NCBI GenBank assembly: GCA_963803435.1
Contig: CAWDML010000005.1
Span: forward strand, 160,001 to 224,000
Source of the DNA: an uncultured delta proteobacterium
Lineage (GTDB): Bacteria; Myxococcota; Kuafuiibacteriia; Kuafuiibacteriales; Kuafuiibacteriaceae
Direction of reading: 5' to 3'
Length of the DNA stretch: 64,000 nucleotides
In this document: piece by piece, positions 18,569 through 29,300 of the stretch
How the letters are laid out: every line of letters starts with the position of its first letter
Numbering within the stretch: position 1 is the stretch's first letter
The notes under the pieces: generated by a model
Seen by the model: the letters and a program-made list of their open reading frames with translations, nothing else
Told to the model about the DNA's origin: nothing
Databases searched by the model: none
Made by a program: the position numbers and the translations under genes

Positions 18569-20134
18569 TCAACGCACCTTGCGCGCGCGGGCGGTGCTCG
18601 GCGGCGACAGGATCCGGTTCGTGCTCTCGGCCGTGCGGAGCTCCCGCATGATCGGCTCTCTCCAGGAGAGGCCTGTGTCCTCGGGGGCCGTGTCGGCGTC
18701 CTTGAACGTGTAGCCGTCGCCGCCGGTGTACATGAAGTCGAGGATCGCCACCTTGTACGTGGTGCCGTCCTTGATCGGCTTGCCGACCTGATCGACCACC
18801 GAGATCACCTTCCGCGTCTTGCCGCTCTCGGCGTAGCTCCACGACAGGCCGCCCACGATCGGATCGTCGATGGCGAGCTCGGCCTTGAGCTGCTTCCCGG
18901 TCAGCTTCACCACATAGAGGTTGTTCTCGAACGGGAGCGCGCTCATCAGATCGCCCATGCTGATCATGCCCGACCCGATCGGCTGCCGCAGGGCGCCCAG
19001 GTTGAGCATGGCGAAGTCGGCCTGGCGGATCGTCCGCAGCCAGGCATCGACCACGAAGTTGCCGAGGGGCGACTGATCGAAGGTGCCGACCTGCAGCGGG
19101 TGATCGACGCGGCCCAGGTTCTCGTTGGTCAGCGAGAGCGCCTTCTGTCGGGCAGCCTCGGCGATGGCCACCAGCTCGGGCGCCGGCGGGTAGAGCGGCG
19201 CGCCCACCTCACCGGTCACGTCGACGATCTCGTGATCGACCTTCTGGACCTGATGGGTGGCCGGATCGAAGTGGACGTCGAAGCGGACGTAGCTGCGCCC
19301 GAAGGGGCCGGGGTTCACGATCGGCACGCCGTCGGTCTCGGCGGTGCCCTTGCGGTGGTTCTGTCCGGCGATGACGGCGGTGATGTGGAGATCGCCGACG
19401 TTGTGGATCACGCCTTCGACGACGCCAATCTCGTCGTGGAAGAGGACCACGATCAGCTCCGCCCCTTCGGCCCGCATCCTGGGGACGTATTTGCGGAGCG
19501 TCTCCTCGTAGGGCCGGAACTCGAGGCCCTCGACGTGCTTGGCCAGCGTGGTCTTGGGCGTGTCGATGTACGTGAGGCCGATGATCCCGACCTTCAGACC
19601 CATCCGCTCCACGATCGTGTACGGCCGGAGGAAGTCCGGGTGCTCGTCGGTCCCGGTCCGCACCACGTTCGCGCCGAGCAGCGGGAACTTGGCCTCGGCG
19701 GCGCGGGCTCGCAGGATCTCGGTGCCGAAGTCAAACTCGTGATTCGCGACGTTGGCGGCGGCCACGCCGAGCGCATTGTACGCCTGGATCACCGACTCTC
19801 CCCGGAGGAGCGTCGACTCGGTGGGGCCGGTCCACATGTCGCCGTTGTCGAGGATGAGCGAGTTCGTCGCGGTGAGCCCCTCCTTGTGGCGGAGCATGCC
19901 GGCGATGTTGGCGATGCCGCCGTAGTACCGGGGGAACTCGCGCGGCTCGAGCGGCAGGAGCCAGCCGTGAAAGTCGGAGAGGCCCACGATCTCGAGGATC
20001 GGCTCGACCGCCTTGGCCACGGTCGCGGTCAGGGTCTGGGACGGCGGCGGAGGCGGTGGCGGCGGCCCAGCTTTCTGCGGTCCACCGCAGGCGACGGCGG
20101 TGAGCGCGGCGAGAAGGAGCCAGGAGTTCTTCAT
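18569..20134 (-). CDS. 5'-nucleotidase / metallophosphatase lipoprotein
   Basis: Lipobox AVAC; SDFHG, DNGD, NHEFD, LLGAN, LPFEN, DFMYTGGDGY. Confidence 0.9.
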   Translation of the reverse strand: MKNSWLLLAALTAVACGGPQKAGPPPPPPPPSQTLTATVAKAVEPILEIVGLSDFHGWLLPLEPREFPRYYGGIANIAGMLRHKEGLTATNSLILDNGDMWTGPTESTLLRGESVIQAYNALGVAAANVANHEFDFGTEILRARAAEAKFPLLGANVVRTGTDEHPDFLRPYTIVERMGLKVGIIGLTYIDTPKTTLAKHVEGLEFRPYEETLRKYVPRMRAEGAELIVVLFHDEIGVVEGVIHNVGDLHITAVIAGQNHRKGTAETDGVPIVNPGPFGRSYVRFDVHFDPATHQVQKVDHEIVDVTGEVGAPLYPPAPELVAIAEAARQKALSLTNENLGRVDHPLQVGTFDQSPLGNFVVDAWLRTIRQADFAMLNLGALRQPIGSGMISMGDLMSALPFENNLYVVKLTGKQLKAELAIDDPIVGGLSWSYAESGKTRKVISVVDQVGKPIKDGTTYKVAILDFMYTGGDGYTFKDADTAPEDTGLSWREPIMRELRTAESTNRILSPPSTARARKVR

Positions 20135-20682
20135 TTTCCACCACCTCTTTGGGCTGCGAGCTTCGCGACCGCGCTCGACCCGGCGACTCGGTCGGCGAGA
20201 TCGGACGCGAGCCCAGCGATGTTCGAGAACCAGACGTCGTCGATGCCGACCCGATCGATGCGCGCGCCCCCCGTGGAGGTGAGCGTCAGCGCGACGTCGC
20301 CGAAGAGCCCGCGCTCGCAGTCGTCGAGCGCGATCTCGAGGTCGAGCGCGACGACGGGCATCTGCGTCGCCTCGCCGGCGCCGACAGGGTCCTTGGGACC
20401 AATCAACACGAAACCCGACATTCCGAGCTCCCGCGCCAGGGCGCCGAGCGCCGCCTCGGCCCGCGCCCTCTCCTCCCGGCCGCAACCTGCACCCATCGCG
20501 GACACCGTGGCGGCCGCGGGGAGCCGGATGGGGACGGACGCGCGCAGGTCCGGCCGGACGGCGAACGCGGGATCGCTTCGGGCCGGCGTGCCCGCGCAGG
20601 CGGCGAGGGAGAGCGAGATCCCGACCCAAGCACCCGGGGAGGCAGACGGGCTTTGCCCGACGGATGCCCGCGAGCGCCACAT
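20131..20682 (-). CDS. Hypothetical lipoprotein
   Basis: LSLAAC lipobox; ATGA overlap with the nucleotidase start; start uncertain. Confidence 0.55.
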   Translation of the reverse strand: MWRSRASVGQSPSASPGAWVGISLSLAACAGTPARSDPAFAVRPDLRASVPIRLPAAATVSAMGAGCGREERARAEAALGALARELGMSGFVLIGPKDPVGAGEATQMPVVALDLEIALDDCERGLFGDVALTLTSTGGARIDRVGIDDVWFSNIAGLASDLADRVAGSSAVAKLAAQRGGGK

Positions 20683-20709
20683 CGCGGCGGGCTGTAGCAT
20701 ACTCTTCGC

Positions 20710-21645
20710 GTGGAGTACTACTTCAAGCGTTACGGCGACCTCGAGCTGCAACGCAGGATGGTGTCCGACCGCGCTCGGACCGATGCGTTTGCGGCGGCGA
20801 TCCGTGAGCTCGTCCGACCGACCGACACGGTGCTCGACGTGGGCACGGGCACCGGGGTCCTCGCGATGCTGGCGGCGAAGGCAGGCGCGAGAAAGGTCTA
20901 CGCGGTGGATCAGTCGGACATCGCCGACACGGCGATCCGACTGGTGGCAGAGAATGCGCTCGCTGATCGGGTCGAGGTGATCAAGGGCGCCGCCGCGGAG
21001 CTGGTGCTTCCCGAGAAGGTCGACCTCCTGGTCAGCGAGTGGCTCGGGCACGTCGCGTTCGTCGAGGGGATGCTGACCGACGTCCTGAAGGCGCGCGATC
21101 ACAACCTGGCCGAGGGCGGCCGCATGCTCCCGGCGCGCGTGCGGGTGAAGCTGGCGCCCGTCGGCGATCCGGTCCTGTATTCGCTCGAGGGTCCGGGCTT
21201 CTGGCGGAAGCCGGTGCACGGTATCGACTTCAGCTCGCTCGAGGCCGCGGAGCTGAAGCAGGGGCGTGCGCTCCAGATCCGCGTCGAGCACGCCGCGCTC
21301 CTCGCGCCCGGTGAGCGGCTCACCGAGGTCGACGTCGAGACGTGCCGCGCGGCCGACGCCTGGGGCTCAGGAACTGCAACCTATGTTGCAGAACGTGACG
21401 GTGTTGTCGACGGCTTCTGCGCGTGGTTCGAGGCGATGCTCTCACCGAGCGTCACGCTCTCCACGGCGCCGGGTCGTCAGGAGACGCACTGGGCTCAGAC
21501 CTACTTCCCGTTTGCGCCTTACCCGGTCCGGCGCGGGGATCGGATCGATGTCGAGTGGACGCTGGCCGAGCACCCCGAGGAGTACCGCTACACGACACTG
21601 GCGCTGCGGGCGAACGACCACGAGCAGATCTACGACCTCGAGTGA
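20710..21645 (+). CDS. PRMT1-like protein arginine N-methyltransferase
   Basis: YFKRY, MVSDRART, VLDVGTGTG, double-E loop SEWLGHVAFVEGML, WF...LSTAP...THWAQT. Confidence 0.88.
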   Translation: MEYYFKRYGDLELQRRMVSDRARTDAFAAAIRELVRPTDTVLDVGTGTGVLAMLAAKAGARKVYAVDQSDIADTAIRLVAENALADRVEVIKGAAAELVLPEKVDLLVSEWLGHVAFVEGMLTDVLKARDHNLAEGGRMLPARVRVKLAPVGDPVLYSLEGPGFWRKPVHGIDFSSLEAAELKQGRALQIRVEHAALLAPGERLTEVDVETCRAADAWGSGTATYVAERDGVVDGFCAWFEAMLSPSVTLSTAPGRQETHWAQTYFPFAPYPVRRGDRIDVEWTLAEHPEEYRYTTLALRANDHEQIYDLE

Positions 21646-23050
21646 TCACTCCGAGGCGAGATCGGAAACGATCCCGGTCATCACCTCGATCGCGCTGGCG
21701 AGGGACTCGAGTGAGATCCGCTCGTTTCGTCCACGGATGCGGGCGAGGTCGCGCCGTCGCACCGGGATCGGCGCGAAGCCGTAGACGCGCACGCCCAGGC
21801 GGCGGAGGTGCCGCGCGTCGGTCGCCTCGAGCCCGAGGACCGGCGCGACCACCTCGCCCTCGTGCGCGGCCCGATCGGCGACCGCGCGCAGCACGCGCTC
21901 CGAGACCGGGCTGGCGGTGGCCTCGGCGCCGCTCTGGATCGTCACGTGGATGTCGGGATCGCCAGATCCAGGCCCGGATCTCGGGCTCCAGGTCTCCGGG
22001 CCGGCGCCCGGGGAGGAGCTCCGCCGTCAGGAGCGCGCGGGCGCGATCCGGAGAGCTGCGGCCCCCGGTTCGCCCGCTGCGCAAGGTCGACACCTCAATC
22101 ATGTCGGTGAAGTACGGCTCGGTGGCCGGATCGTTCGCGTACGAAGAGAGGAGCAGCAGGCGGGTCAACACCGGCGACGAGAGCACCGTGCTCTTCGGGA
22201 AGAGCGCGGCGTCGGCGAGGTGGGCGAAGGTCTCGGCGACGGCCGGAACGAGCCGCGGGGCGCGGGGTTGATCGAACAGGCGCGCCAGCCCCTCCGAGAG
22301 CTTCACGCTGGCGGGCCGATCGCCCGGGCCGCGATCGACCGCAGCCACCTCGACGAACGCGAAGCCCTTCTCAGTGGTGGCGACCCCGTGGACCACGACG
22401 CCGTCGAACAGATCGAGGTAGCTGTAGCCGCCCTCGCCCAGCGCCAGCGTGGCCGTCGCGACCTCGGGGTGCGCCTGGACCACCGCCCGGATCCCGAGCT
22501 CTTCGCCGCGGGCGCCGTCCGCCGTGGAGATGAGGATCAGATCGCGCGCCAGCGGCGTGTGCGCCAGGGCGGCCAGCGCGGCGGCGTGAAGGACCGCCAG
22601 CCCCTTGCCGTCGAGGACGCCCCGGCCATGAAGCTCGCCGTCCACAATGCGCGCCTCGAACGGCCCCTCCTCCTTGGTCCAGGTGGTGGGGTCCGCCGGA
22701 AACACGTCGAGGTGGGACAGCAAGACCAGTGGTCGCGTTCCGACACGCCCCGAGTGCACCCGTCCGAAGACGCTGGCGCGGCCGGGTGTTGCGGGCACGA
22801 GCTGGGCCTCGACTCCGGCGCGCGACAAGAACTGGGCGAGGAGCTCGGCGGCAGGGGCCTCGTTGCCGGGAGGATTCGTCGTGTCCTCGCGCACGAGATC
22901 GATCAGGAGCGCGCGGGCCTTCACCTGGAGCGCCGTCCAGTCGACCGCGGGTAGAGGTCGATGCTCGGATCGACTCCCGTAGCGCGGGACGGTTCCGCCG
23001 CAAGCGACGACGAGAACGAGCACGGCCGGCCAGCGGCCAAGGCGACCCAT
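21646..23050 (-). CDS. M20/M25/M40-family metallopeptidase lipoprotein (frameshift near 3' end)
   Basis: VVAC lipobox; DTTNPPGNE, LLSHLDV, LHGRGVLDGKG, EKG; C-terminus TDARHLR...YGFAP in another frame. Confidence 0.85.
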
Positions 23051-23145
23051 GCTCGCGCCTTCGTTAGCCGACCGAGTGGCTCCCGTCGAGAAAATCGGGA
23101 TCTTCTGGACGTGTATGCGGGCGGTGTTGTACCCGTTGAAGGTAC

Positions 23146-23706
23146 GTGGCGGGTCTCGACCTACCAGTGAAGCTCCGGCGCGGCCTCGGGAACGGAAAGG
23201 TCGTACCGGCCGAGGAGCTGTCGAAGCGGCTCGCGCCGTACGATCGCGACAAGGACGGCTCCGTCACCCAGGAGGAGCTGATCCGCTTCCTCGAGAAGAA
23301 CCGTGTGGGCGGTCCCTGGTTCTGCCAGGTCCTGGCGAAGACGCTCTGGCGCATCGTCGAGGAGCGCTGGGGCCAGGAGGTCGCGTCCATCTCGCTCGAG
23401 GGGCTGGGCCGCATCATCAACTACAGCATGTCGGCGCCCCCGCGACCGGAGAAGCGGTACGTCCTCGAGCCTGAGGCGATCCGCGGGCTCAAGCCCAAGC
23501 TGACGCTCGAGGAGTATCGAGCGGAGCAGCAGGGCCTGCCCAAGCCCGTGCGCGAGAAGCCGCCGGAGGACGGGGCCGCCTCGTCCGCCTCGAAGCCGGC
23601 CTCGAGCACCGCCGCACCGCGCCCGCGTCCGACGCCGCGTCCCAGCCCGCACGGCGCGCGCCGTCCTGCGCCCCGTCCGAGCGGTCGCCCGAAGCCGCGG
23701 AAGTGA
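23146..23706 (+). CDS. EF-hand-containing hypothetical protein
   Basis: DRDKDGSVTQEEL canonical EF-hand loop; Pro/Arg-rich tail. Confidence 0.7.
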   Translation: MAGLDLPVKLRRGLGNGKVVPAEELSKRLAPYDRDKDGSVTQEELIRFLEKNRVGGPWFCQVLAKTLWRIVEERWGQEVASISLEGLGRIINYSMSAPPRPEKRYVLEPEAIRGLKPKLTLEEYRAEQQGLPKPVREKPPEDGAASSASKPASSTAAPRPRPTPRPSPHGARRPAPRPSGRPKPRK

Positions 23707-24594
23707 AGCTCCCGGAGAGCGCGCGCGGGGCGCGCTTCAATCACGCCGTACATGCGCTCCTCGTCGAGGCCGGCCGCGACGTCTCGGTACGCGAGGTGCG
23801 GCGCGCGCTCGAGGCCGGACGGATCAAGGTCGAGGGCCGTCGCGTCGCTCCCGGAGCCCGCGCCGCCGGAGACGAGTCGATCGAATCTCGAGCCCTTCGT
23901 GGCGCGAAGCGAGAACCTGATCGCGCCGGAGCCGGAGCTGCTCGAACGCGTCACGGTGATCCATCGCGGACCAGATCTCGTCGTGCTCGACAAGCCGGCC
24001 GGCATGGCGGTGGAGCCGCTGGTACCGAACGAGCGCGGCACGCTGCTCGGCGCCGCAGTTGCGCTCGAGGCCGAGATCGCGACCGCCGGACCGCCGCTCG
24101 AGGGCGGGCTCGTCCACCGTCTCGACATCGGCACCTCGGGGCTGGTGGTGTTCGCGCGCCACGCCGAGCTTCGGGCGGAGCTCCGGCGAGCGTTCGGTGA
24201 GCACCGCGTGATCAAGCGCTACCTCGCGGTGGTCGCAGGAGGTGCGATCACCGGGCCGCGCGTGGTCGAAGGTGCGATCGCACCCGGTCCCTCCAAGGAT
24301 CGGGTCCGGCTGGCGGCGCCCGATGATCCGCGAGGCCTGTTCGCCGAGACCGAGGTGGAGCTCGTCGCGCGCGCCGGCGATCGCGCGCTGGTCCGCGCCA
24401 CCACGCGCTTCGGGCGCCGGCACCAGGTGCGCGCGCATCTGGCCTCGATCGGGGCCGCCATCCTCGGAGACGAGCTCTACGGCGACACCCCGGCCGCCCG
24501 CCTGGCGCTCCACGCCGCCGAGATCACGCTCCCGGACGCCGGCGTCTTCTCTTCGCCGCTCCCCGACGACCTGAAGCGTATGCTGGAGCCGTGA
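23703..24594 (+). CDS. RluA/RluD-family pseudouridine synthase (frameshift near 23880)
   Basis: S4-like N-terminus in ORF 23703; LDKPAGM, VHRLDIGTSG, GRRHQVRAHL, ILGDELYG, LALHA in ORF 23752. Confidence 0.9.
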
Positions 24595-25097
24595 GGCCGG
24601 CGATGCGCCCCCTCGCCTTCGCGCTCCTCTTGGCCGCGTGTGCCGGCCCGAAGGGCGTTGCGCTGCCCGAGGGGCATGTGGCGCTCCGCCTCGTGTCGCC
24701 GGACGGCGGAGACCCGATCACGCTGGGCGCGCTGCGCGGAAAGGTGGTCCTGGTGACGGTCGTGACGACCTGGTCTGACTACGCGCTCCTCGAGGTTCCC
24801 CGGTTCAAAGCGCTCGCCGAGAAGCACGCCGGCGAGCTCGCGATCGTCTGCATCGTCCTCGATGAGGATCCCCGCATGGCCCAGATCTTCCGCGACACCT
24901 TCGAGATTCCCTATCCGGTGACGATGGTCGGCGATCCGAAGACCTTCATGTCGGAGCGCGGGCCGTTCGGCGCCATCACGCTGATCCCGACCTCGATCCT
25001 CCTCGATCGAGAGGGCAACGTCGCCGCGCGCATGGATGGAATGTGGCCGGCCAAGGTCCTCGAAGAGGTCGTTCAAAAAGTTGCGGGCGGGATCTGA
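24591..25097 (+). CDS. TlpA/thioredoxin-fold lipoprotein lacking CxxC
   Basis: LAAC lipobox; LRGKVVLV..TTWSDYA; IPTSILLDREG. Confidence 0.8.
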   Translation: MRPAMRPLAFALLLAACAGPKGVALPEGHVALRLVSPDGGDPITLGALRGKVVLVTVVTTWSDYALLEVPRFKALAEKHAGELAIVCIVLDEDPRMAQIFRDTFEIPYPVTMVGDPKTFMSERGPFGAITLIPTSILLDREGNVAARMDGMWPAKVLEEVVQKVAGGI

Positions 25098-25145
25098 GCA
25101 CTCTAGTCTACTCTCGTCTCTCGACCCTCGATCCGCGACGCAAAC

Positions 25146-25439
25146 ATGCGCAGCTGGCTCATCAAGCTCTGGGCGATGACCGGTGGGTTGCTGGTCGTCG
25201 TGCTCCTCGGCGCCGCGCTCTTTGGCGCTGACGGCGTCACGCGTCACGAGCGCCTGCGCAACGAGCTCGCCGAGGTGAACACGCTCAACGCCAAGCTGGC
25301 GGCCGACAACCGCCGGCTCGCGATCGAGGCCGAGGCGCTGCGGCACGACCCCGGCTACATCGAGGCCACCATCCGCGACGAGCTCGGCTGGGTCCGCAGC
25401 GACGAGCTGATCTTCATCTTCCCGCCGGAGGAGAAGTGA
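25146..25439 (+). CDS. ftsB: Septum formation initiator FtsB/DivIC family
   Basis: N-terminal TM, coiled coil, YIEATIRDELGWVRSDELIF. Confidence 0.85.
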   Translation: MRSWLIKLWAMTGGLLVVVLLGAALFGADGVTRHERLRNELAEVNTLNAKLAADNRRLAIEAEALRHDPGYIEATIRDELGWVRSDELIFIFPPEEK

Positions 25440-27498
25440 TCCGGCGCGCCGTCGCTGTGCTCGCGTCGCTCGCCGCCCTCGGCGCCCTCGCGTTCGAGGT
25501 GCCCGGTCTGCCCCCGGGTCGCAAGGGCTGGCCCGGGGGCTCTTGCTGCTGGCGGTGATCCTGCTGGCCGTCGGCGAGCGCCCCCACTGGGCGGTGGGAC
25601 CGTCGCTCCTCTCGCTGGTCTATGCGCTGGTCCTCCCCGCCGGGCCGTCGCTCTATCCGCTCGTCTATCTGTACTGCGCCGTCGCCGCGAGCTCGTTCGC
25701 CGCCTCAGGCGCGCTCTTGACCGGGGCGCTGGTGGCGGCCTTCGAGGCGGCGCTGTTCCTCCGCGGCGCGACCACCGCGAGCCAGCTCGCCTCTCATCTG
25801 GCGTTCTCTGCGCTCTTCGCGTCGCTGTTCGCGGCCCTGCTCCGGCGCCAGATCCGCTCGATCGAGGAGAGCCGGACCCGCGCGGTCGGCGAGGCCCTCG
25901 AGCGGATCGATCAGGACGCCCGCGACTTCCGCCTCATCGGCTCCGCGCTCGGGCCCGAGAGCCGCAACCGCCAGCCCGAACAGATCGCCCGCGCGCGGCA
26001 GGTCGGGAGCGTCCGCGCCATCCGGGAGTCGATGGTGGACGTACTCGAGGTCGCGCGTCTGGCCGTCGACGCCGACGAGGCCATGATCTTCATGCTCGAC
26101 GCCGACGGGGAGCGCCTCCGCCTCAAGGAGTGCGTGGCGCGCGAGCCCGGGCCGGCCGTCGAACGCGGTGAGGCGCGGAGCGAGCCGATGAGCGAGGGCG
26201 CCCTCTGTGCGGTGATCAAGACGGGCCGGCCGGTGTACATGCGGCCGCGCGCCGGCGGCAAAGGCCTCGGCTATCGCGTCCGTCGCGAGGTGAAGAGCTT
26301 CCTCGGCGTGCCCATCGAGCGCGACGGGCGCACCGCCGGCGTGCTCTGCGTCGATCGCGAAGTCAGCGAGGACTTCGTCGACCGCGACGAGCAGGTGCTC
26401 TCGGCGGTGGCGCGCGAGGCCGAGCGGGCGATGGAGTCGGAGCGCATCTTCGCCGAGATGGACAAGGTGAAGTACGAGCAGGAGCGCTTCTACGAGGCGT
26501 TCTCGCTGCTCAACGAGGCGCTGACGGTCGATGTCTTCGCGGGCGCGCTCATCGAGGCGGTCTCACGGATCAAGCCCGTCGACTTCCTGGTGGTGTCGAT
26601 GTTCGATCGACAGAAGCAGGAGCACACGATCGTGGCTGCGCGCGGCGCCGAAAAGCTGGCCGGAGCGAGCTACCGTAGCCGGGCGGGCGGCTTGGTGGCG
26701 ACCGCGCTCAAGAACGGGCACCCGCTGCCCTACGTCCCGCTGTCCGCGCAGTCGGCGAAGAGCAAGCTCCAGCTGTTCTCGCCCAAGCTCTCGGTGCCGG
26801 ACCTCGCCTCGGTGAAGGTCTTCCCGCTGCTCGATCGCGGCCAGCCCCTCGGCGCGCTGGTCGTCGGCTCCACCGTCGGTGGGCGCGAGCTCTCGCGCGA
26901 AGAGGAGCGGATGCTCGAGACCGTGTCGGTCCACGCCGCGCGGACGCTGGCGAACGCGCAGATGTTCCAGCGAATGGAGATGATGGCGACCACCGACGGC
27001 CTCACCGGTCTCGTCAACCATCGCCGCTTCAAGGAGCTGCTCGGCGAGGCGCTGGCCCGCGCCAAGCGGTTCTCCCGCAAGGTCTCGGTGCTGATGGTGG
27101 ACGCCGATCACTTCAAGACCGTCAACGACACCTACGGCCATCCCGTCGGCGACCTGGTGCTCCAGCGGATCGCCAAGATCCTTCAAACCGAGGCCCGGCG
27201 GACGGACGTGGTGGCCCGCTACGGAGGTGAGGAGTTCGTGGTGGTCCTCGACGAGACCGACCTGAGGGGGGCCCGGTCGGTGGCCGAGCGGATCCGCGAG
27301 CGGATCGAGGGGGAGCCCATCCAGGGCGAGTTCGGCCGAGTGAGGGTGACCGCGAGCCTGGGGCTCTCCGCGTGGCCGGAGCACGCGGAGTCGATGGAGG
27401 ATCTGCTCGAACGGGCCGATCAGGCCCTCTACGAGGCGAAGAAGAACGGCCGAAATCGGGTCGAGGTTCACGGCGGCCTCTCGACGGAGGCCGCATAG
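25436..27498 (+). CDS. Membrane GAF-GAF-GGDEF diguanylate cyclase (probable 5' frameshift; main ORF 25543..27498)
   Basis: TM helices, two GAF-like regions, DGLTGLVN, DADHFKTVNDTYGH, I-site RRTD, GGEEF. Confidence 0.92.
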
Positions 27499-27534
27499 CT
27501 GGCTATATCTCCCGGCCACATCGGGTTTACGGCC

Positions 27535-28848
27535 TTGAAGAAGAACTTCGTCCTCGACACCAACGTCCTGCTCCACGATCCGGGCTCCATCTACGCGTTC
27601 GAGGATAACAACGTGATCATCCCGATCTATGTGATCGAGGAGATCGACAAGTTCAAACGCGACCTCAGCGAGCTGGGCCGGTCGGCGCGCGAGGTGAGCC
27701 GGAGTCTCGACGAGCTCCGCCAGGACGGAAAGATCGCCGAGGGCGTCGAGCTCGACGGCGGCGGTCGCCTGCGGGTGGCGTTCACCGCCAAGCGGATCCC
27801 GGAGGAGGCGCTCCAGGATCGGCACACCATCGACAACAAGATCCTCGCGGTCGCGCTCGACGTGAAGGAGAACGACGGCGACGCGCGCACGGTCCTGGTC
27901 ACCAAGGACGTCAACCTGCGCCTGCGCGCCGACGCGCTGGGCCTGGAGGCCGAGGACTACGATCACGACCGCGTCGAGATCACCGAGCTGTACACCGGCG
28001 TGATGGAGATGGAGCTCGGCGGCGAGGAGATCGATCTCTTCTACAAGCAGAGCTTCCTGCCGCTGAACGACCTCTACCACTTCCCGAACGAGTTCGTGCA
28101 TCTCAAGGACCGCGCGAACCCGAGCCACTCGGCGCTCGGCAAGGTCTCGCTCGAGCAGGAGCGCGTCGTTCCGATCACCCGACTCAAGGACGGCGTCTGG
28201 GGCATCCGCCCGCGCAACAAGGAGCAGTCGTTCGCCATCGATCTCTTGATGGACGACTCGGTGAAGCTGGTGACGCTGGTGGGCAAGGCGGGCACCGGCA
28301 AGACGCTCCTCGCCATCGCGGCCGGGCTGCACAAAGCCACCGAGGAGGCCAAATATCAGCGCGTGTTGGTCTCACGACCGATCTTCCCGCTCGGCAAGGA
28401 CATCGGCTACCTGCCCGGCACCATCGAGGAGAAGCTTTCGCCCTGGATGCAGCCGATCTTCGACAACGTCGAGTTCCTGATGGGGCTGTCGAACGACGAG
28501 AAGAAGGGCGGCCGCAGCTACCGCGAGCTGATCGATCTCGGCATTCTCCAGATCGAGCCGCTCACGTATATCCGCGGCCGCTCGATCCCGAACCAGTTCA
28601 TGGTGGTGGACGAGGCGCAGAACCTGACGCCGCACGAGGTGAAGACGATCGTCTCGCGGGTCGGCGAGGGCACGAAGATCGTCCTCACCGGCGACCCCTA
28701 TCAGATCGACAACCCCTACATGGACTCGACCAACAACGGGCTCGTGCACGTGGTGAATCGATTCCGTCCGGAGCGCATCGCCGGACACGTCACCCTGCTC
28801 AAAGGTGAACGCTCCGAGCTGGCCGAGCTGGCCGCGAACCTGCTTTGA
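27535..28848 (+). CDS. PIN-PhoH (PhoH2/YlaK-type) protein
   Basis: VLDTNVLLHDP PIN domain; GKAGTGKT; YIRGRS; DEAQN; LTGDPYQID. Confidence 0.95.
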   Translation: MKKNFVLDTNVLLHDPGSIYAFEDNNVIIPIYVIEEIDKFKRDLSELGRSAREVSRSLDELRQDGKIAEGVELDGGGRLRVAFTAKRIPEEALQDRHTIDNKILAVALDVKENDGDARTVLVTKDVNLRLRADALGLEAEDYDHDRVEITELYTGVMEMELGGEEIDLFYKQSFLPLNDLYHFPNEFVHLKDRANPSHSALGKVSLEQERVVPITRLKDGVWGIRPRNKEQSFAIDLLMDDSVKLVTLVGKAGTGKTLLAIAAGLHKATEEAKYQRVLVSRPIFPLGKDIGYLPGTIEEKLSPWMQPIFDNVEFLMGLSNDEKKGGRSYRELIDLGILQIEPLTYIRGRSIPNQFMVVDEAQNLTPHEVKTIVSRVGEGTKIVLTGDPYQIDNPYMDSTNNGLVHVVNRFRPERIAGHVTLLKGERSELAELAANLL

Positions 28849-28883
28849 CGGGCGGTCGGCCCGGCATGATAAAGTGACGCGCC

Positions 28884-29294
28884 ATGCACGTCGCGCTCGC
28901 GCTCGTCCTGGGGATCGCCGTTTTGGGCAGCCCGGCGGACCAGACCACGAAGAAGTACACGCTCGACCTCAGCCAGACCACCAAGGAGGTCAAGACGGGG
29001 CAGAGCGGGTTGCTCTACCTGCACATCGTGCCCGAGCCCGGCTATCACGTGAGCCCCGAGGCTCCGCTCAAGATCAACCTCACCGCCGACGGCCTGAAGC
29101 TGCACAAGACGCAGCTCGGTCACGACGACGCCAAGGACAAGAAGAGCGAGGCGCCCGAGTTCGGGGTGAAGTTCGCGACCAAGGAGCAAGGCGACAAGTC
29201 GATCGCGGTCGACGCCACGTTCTTCGTCTGCGACGAGAAGATCTGCGAGCGACGGCAGGAGAAGCTGACCGTCGCGATCAACGTGAAGCCGTGA
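28884..29294 (+). CDS. Exported hypothetical protein (DsbD-N-like beta sandwich)
   Basis: Signal peptide; PGYHV..EAP; FFVCDEKIC. Confidence 0.75.
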   Translation: MHVALALVLGIAVLGSPADQTTKKYTLDLSQTTKEVKTGQSGLLYLHIVPEPGYHVSPEAPLKINLTADGLKLHKTQLGHDDAKDKKSEAPEFGVKFATKEQGDKSIAVDATFFVCDEKICERRQEKLTVAINVKP

Positions 29295-29300
29295 GCGGCC

